NCBI RefSeq assembly: GCF_006345805.1
Contig: NW_021832227.1
Span: 310,001 to 374,000 of the forward strand
Length of the DNA: 64,000 bases
Direction: 5' to 3'
From: Octopus sinensis
Taxonomy: Eukaryota
Shown one piece after another: positions 61,960-64,000 of this stretch; positions within the stretch are counted from its first letter, which is position 1, and the number at the start of each line of letters is the position of its first letter. Made by a program: the position numbers and the translations under genes. Below the pieces are notes generated by a model. That model did not search any database. It saw nothing but the letters and a program-made list of their open reading frames with translations, and was not told the DNA's origin.

Positions 61960-62760
61960 AAAAAAACCGTCATAACCATAATTAACTATTTCAGGTGATC
62001 CCAGCCTCTTTTAGAAACCTTCGCATCTTTTCTATGTGTTCTACAGCGAATTGTCTAAGAGGTCGGGGATCCCGAACATGGACTTTTTCCTGAGGTCTCC
62101 ACCGTTTTCTTTCACAATTTCTTCTAGTCCCTTTGGTTGAATTTTGTTCCCCGTGACATTCGCTAGGAGGTTTACAATCTCCATTTGAATATTGTCGATT
62201 TTTTGACATTTTTATATGCTAGATTGCTTCCCCATACTGTACATCCGTAACCAATTGTCGGTTTAATATATTGGGAATACAGAGACTCTAATCCGCAAGT
62301 TCCTTTGGCGTCTTCTAAGTTTCCTAGAAATGCTTTAAGAACGTTTAGTTTCTTATTGCATTTCGTCAACACATTTTCCGTATGGGGAGTAAAGGTTAGA
62401 AAGGTGTCAAAGGTGATCCCGAGTATCTTTAGAGTTTTATTTTGATAAATTGATTTCCCTTCCATGGTCACATTTATCGACAAATAACCCCAGTCTTTTG
62501 TTAGTTGTGAAAAAATTAGCTCAGACTTTCCGGGCTTGCTTTCAACAGATTGGGATTGAGGCATATACACAGGTTGTTTATATTTTTCTGTAATCTTCTT
62601 GTAGCTTCGCTGACACATATATCCCTCGATGCAACGATTATATCATCCGCATATGATATTAAAGTGTCATTCTTGTTTTCAGGAAGAGGCATATCGTTCA
62701 ACATTAGGTTGAATAATATGGGGGATAGAAGGAACTTTGTGGCACTCCATTCGGTAGTAA
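61960..62760 (-). mobile_element. jockey/I-like LINE 3' portion
   Basis: SYADDI, KILGITFD, LYSQYIKPTIGYG, C-terminus MRRFLKEAGIT paralleling the 44450 copy (LRKILRIVGIT). Confidence 0.85.
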
Positions 62761-62999
62761 CCTCGATGCAGATCTTCGATTGCTCCTGTAGACTTTATAA
62801 AATGCAAAAAAAGGCATTTGGTAAATTCTCATTGAGTCTCACAAAAACATCAAAATTCATTGAGTTTAAGGAAAATAATAATAATTTTTTGTAGATAATC
62901 TGATCGAATCGCAACAAACACACATTAACAATTATTCCATAAATGATGATTGGGCTTACATTATAAAATATGATATTTCATTAAACAAACTATTTATGC

Positions 63000-63600
63000 C
63001 GTGGCTTGGAGAATTGTTTTACGGAGGCTCTATGCGAGTTAAATCACCATCAAAAGCTAGAAGTTGTGTCGATCAAATCATAATGGATCAAAACCGAAGT
63101 GTCTTTTTCAATGCTAACCACAATTATAGTGATCAACAAGTGTTCTTCAGGACCATCCTGATTGTAGGCACAGAGATTCTTTTAGCCTTTAGTCAAGTTT
63201 TGCTCCATAAGCCAATTTCAATGCTAAACGTATTGTTTTTGTTAACTTTTCGATTAGGTAGTCACTCTCATCCGTACCGAACCAGCCCTTGTAGCCATGT
63301 GTGATGACTGGCTGTATACACGTTCTGTACACGCAGATGTACGTATCCGGACCCAGATGAAACCTGGTTAAACTTTTAAGGATCTTTACACTTTTCTTTC
63401 TCTGATTTATTACGTTCTCAAAATACGAGAAACCACAGTTGAAAATTATTCCAAGCTAGTCGAAATTAAAGCTCTTGGAGAGATTCATAGCATAACGACT
63501 TAGCATCAAAGCACAAAGGCTTCCTCTTCGCATCCATAAAATGGTGCTTTTTTAGGTGCTAAGGTCAAACCCTTTTCTACTGTCAACTTATTTAGCGTAA
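63000..63600 (-). mobile_element. LINE RT C-terminal remnant
   Basis: LGIIFN..VKILKSL..VYRTCIQPVITHGYKGW pattern. Confidence 0.6.
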
Positions 63601-64000
63601 AAAGGTATTACTCAAATTAAGACTGGGAAATCCTTTTTAATGTATCCATGACCAATCTTTCATCAGCATATATACAATATGGTCCAAAAATATTACACCC
63701 CTTATTTTTTTGTCGAAAAAATCTTATATCTGTTAGAATAATACATTTATTTAATTATTGTATGACAAGTTTGTCAGTATAACGGGCGGCGACGAAATGT
63801 TCCCAAGAACGAGCTTAGAAAGAAGTAAACTCACGATCCTCGCGGAGCGCGCCTTATAAGCTCTACATATCCTGATAGAGAGTTTCTATAGCAAACAAAA
63901 ATTTTCTTCCAGACAAATTGCTCTCCAGACATCGATAGATTTTCATTTTGAATGAGAATTATTAAGAAATCATAAAATAATTTAAAGAATTTTTTATTGA

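Noticed and set aside
63300-63370. tgatga..gaaac hammerhead-like words
   Set aside because: No CUGAUGA core with matching stems; the region is antisense LINE coding sequence.
1-64000. CRISPR arrays, rRNA, tRNA, telomeric repeats, prokaryotic operons
   Set aside because: None seen; the window is eukaryotic and the only tandem repeats are short microsatellite tails.

Overview
AT-rich eukaryotic nuclear DNA read in the standard genetic code. Host genes are split by ultra-short GT-AG introns (mostly 22-33 nt in the splice models I rebuilt by hand), so most are fragmented in or missing from the ORF track. An intronless SoxB gene makes it metazoan. Mini-introns plus a ciliary outer-dynein-arm docking gene point best to a dicyemid mesozoan (inference; orthonectid or myxozoan not excluded). 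Recognisable host genes: SoxB, PDIA6, RBM19, PPME1, THUMPD2, CDC37, DRAM/TMEM150-like, AGBL5 (CCP5), TMEM199, ODAD1/CCDC63-like, ORMDL, ZNF800-like and a multipass membrane protein, plus several spliced orphans. Much of the intergenic space is transposon-derived: about ten CRE-clade and about eight R4/HERO-like RLE retrotransposon pieces, RTE and jockey/I-like LINEs, two hAT elements, two Tigger-like elements, a mariner and a Helitron remnant. The standout is a full-length 3.1-kb CRE element (26003-29137) with a 14-bp TSD, poly(A), a 38-nt leader and an N-terminal PHD finger fused to RT-RLE. It has one visible frameshift and sits 56 bp upstream of the THUMPD2 start codon. Also notable: a 316-bp duplication of the PDIA6 5' end, nine consecutive minus-strand genes with acceptor-like AGs before many ATGs (possible trans-splicing), and a small BH3-like tail-anchored orphan. 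All family assignments come from motif recognition by eye; no searches were run.
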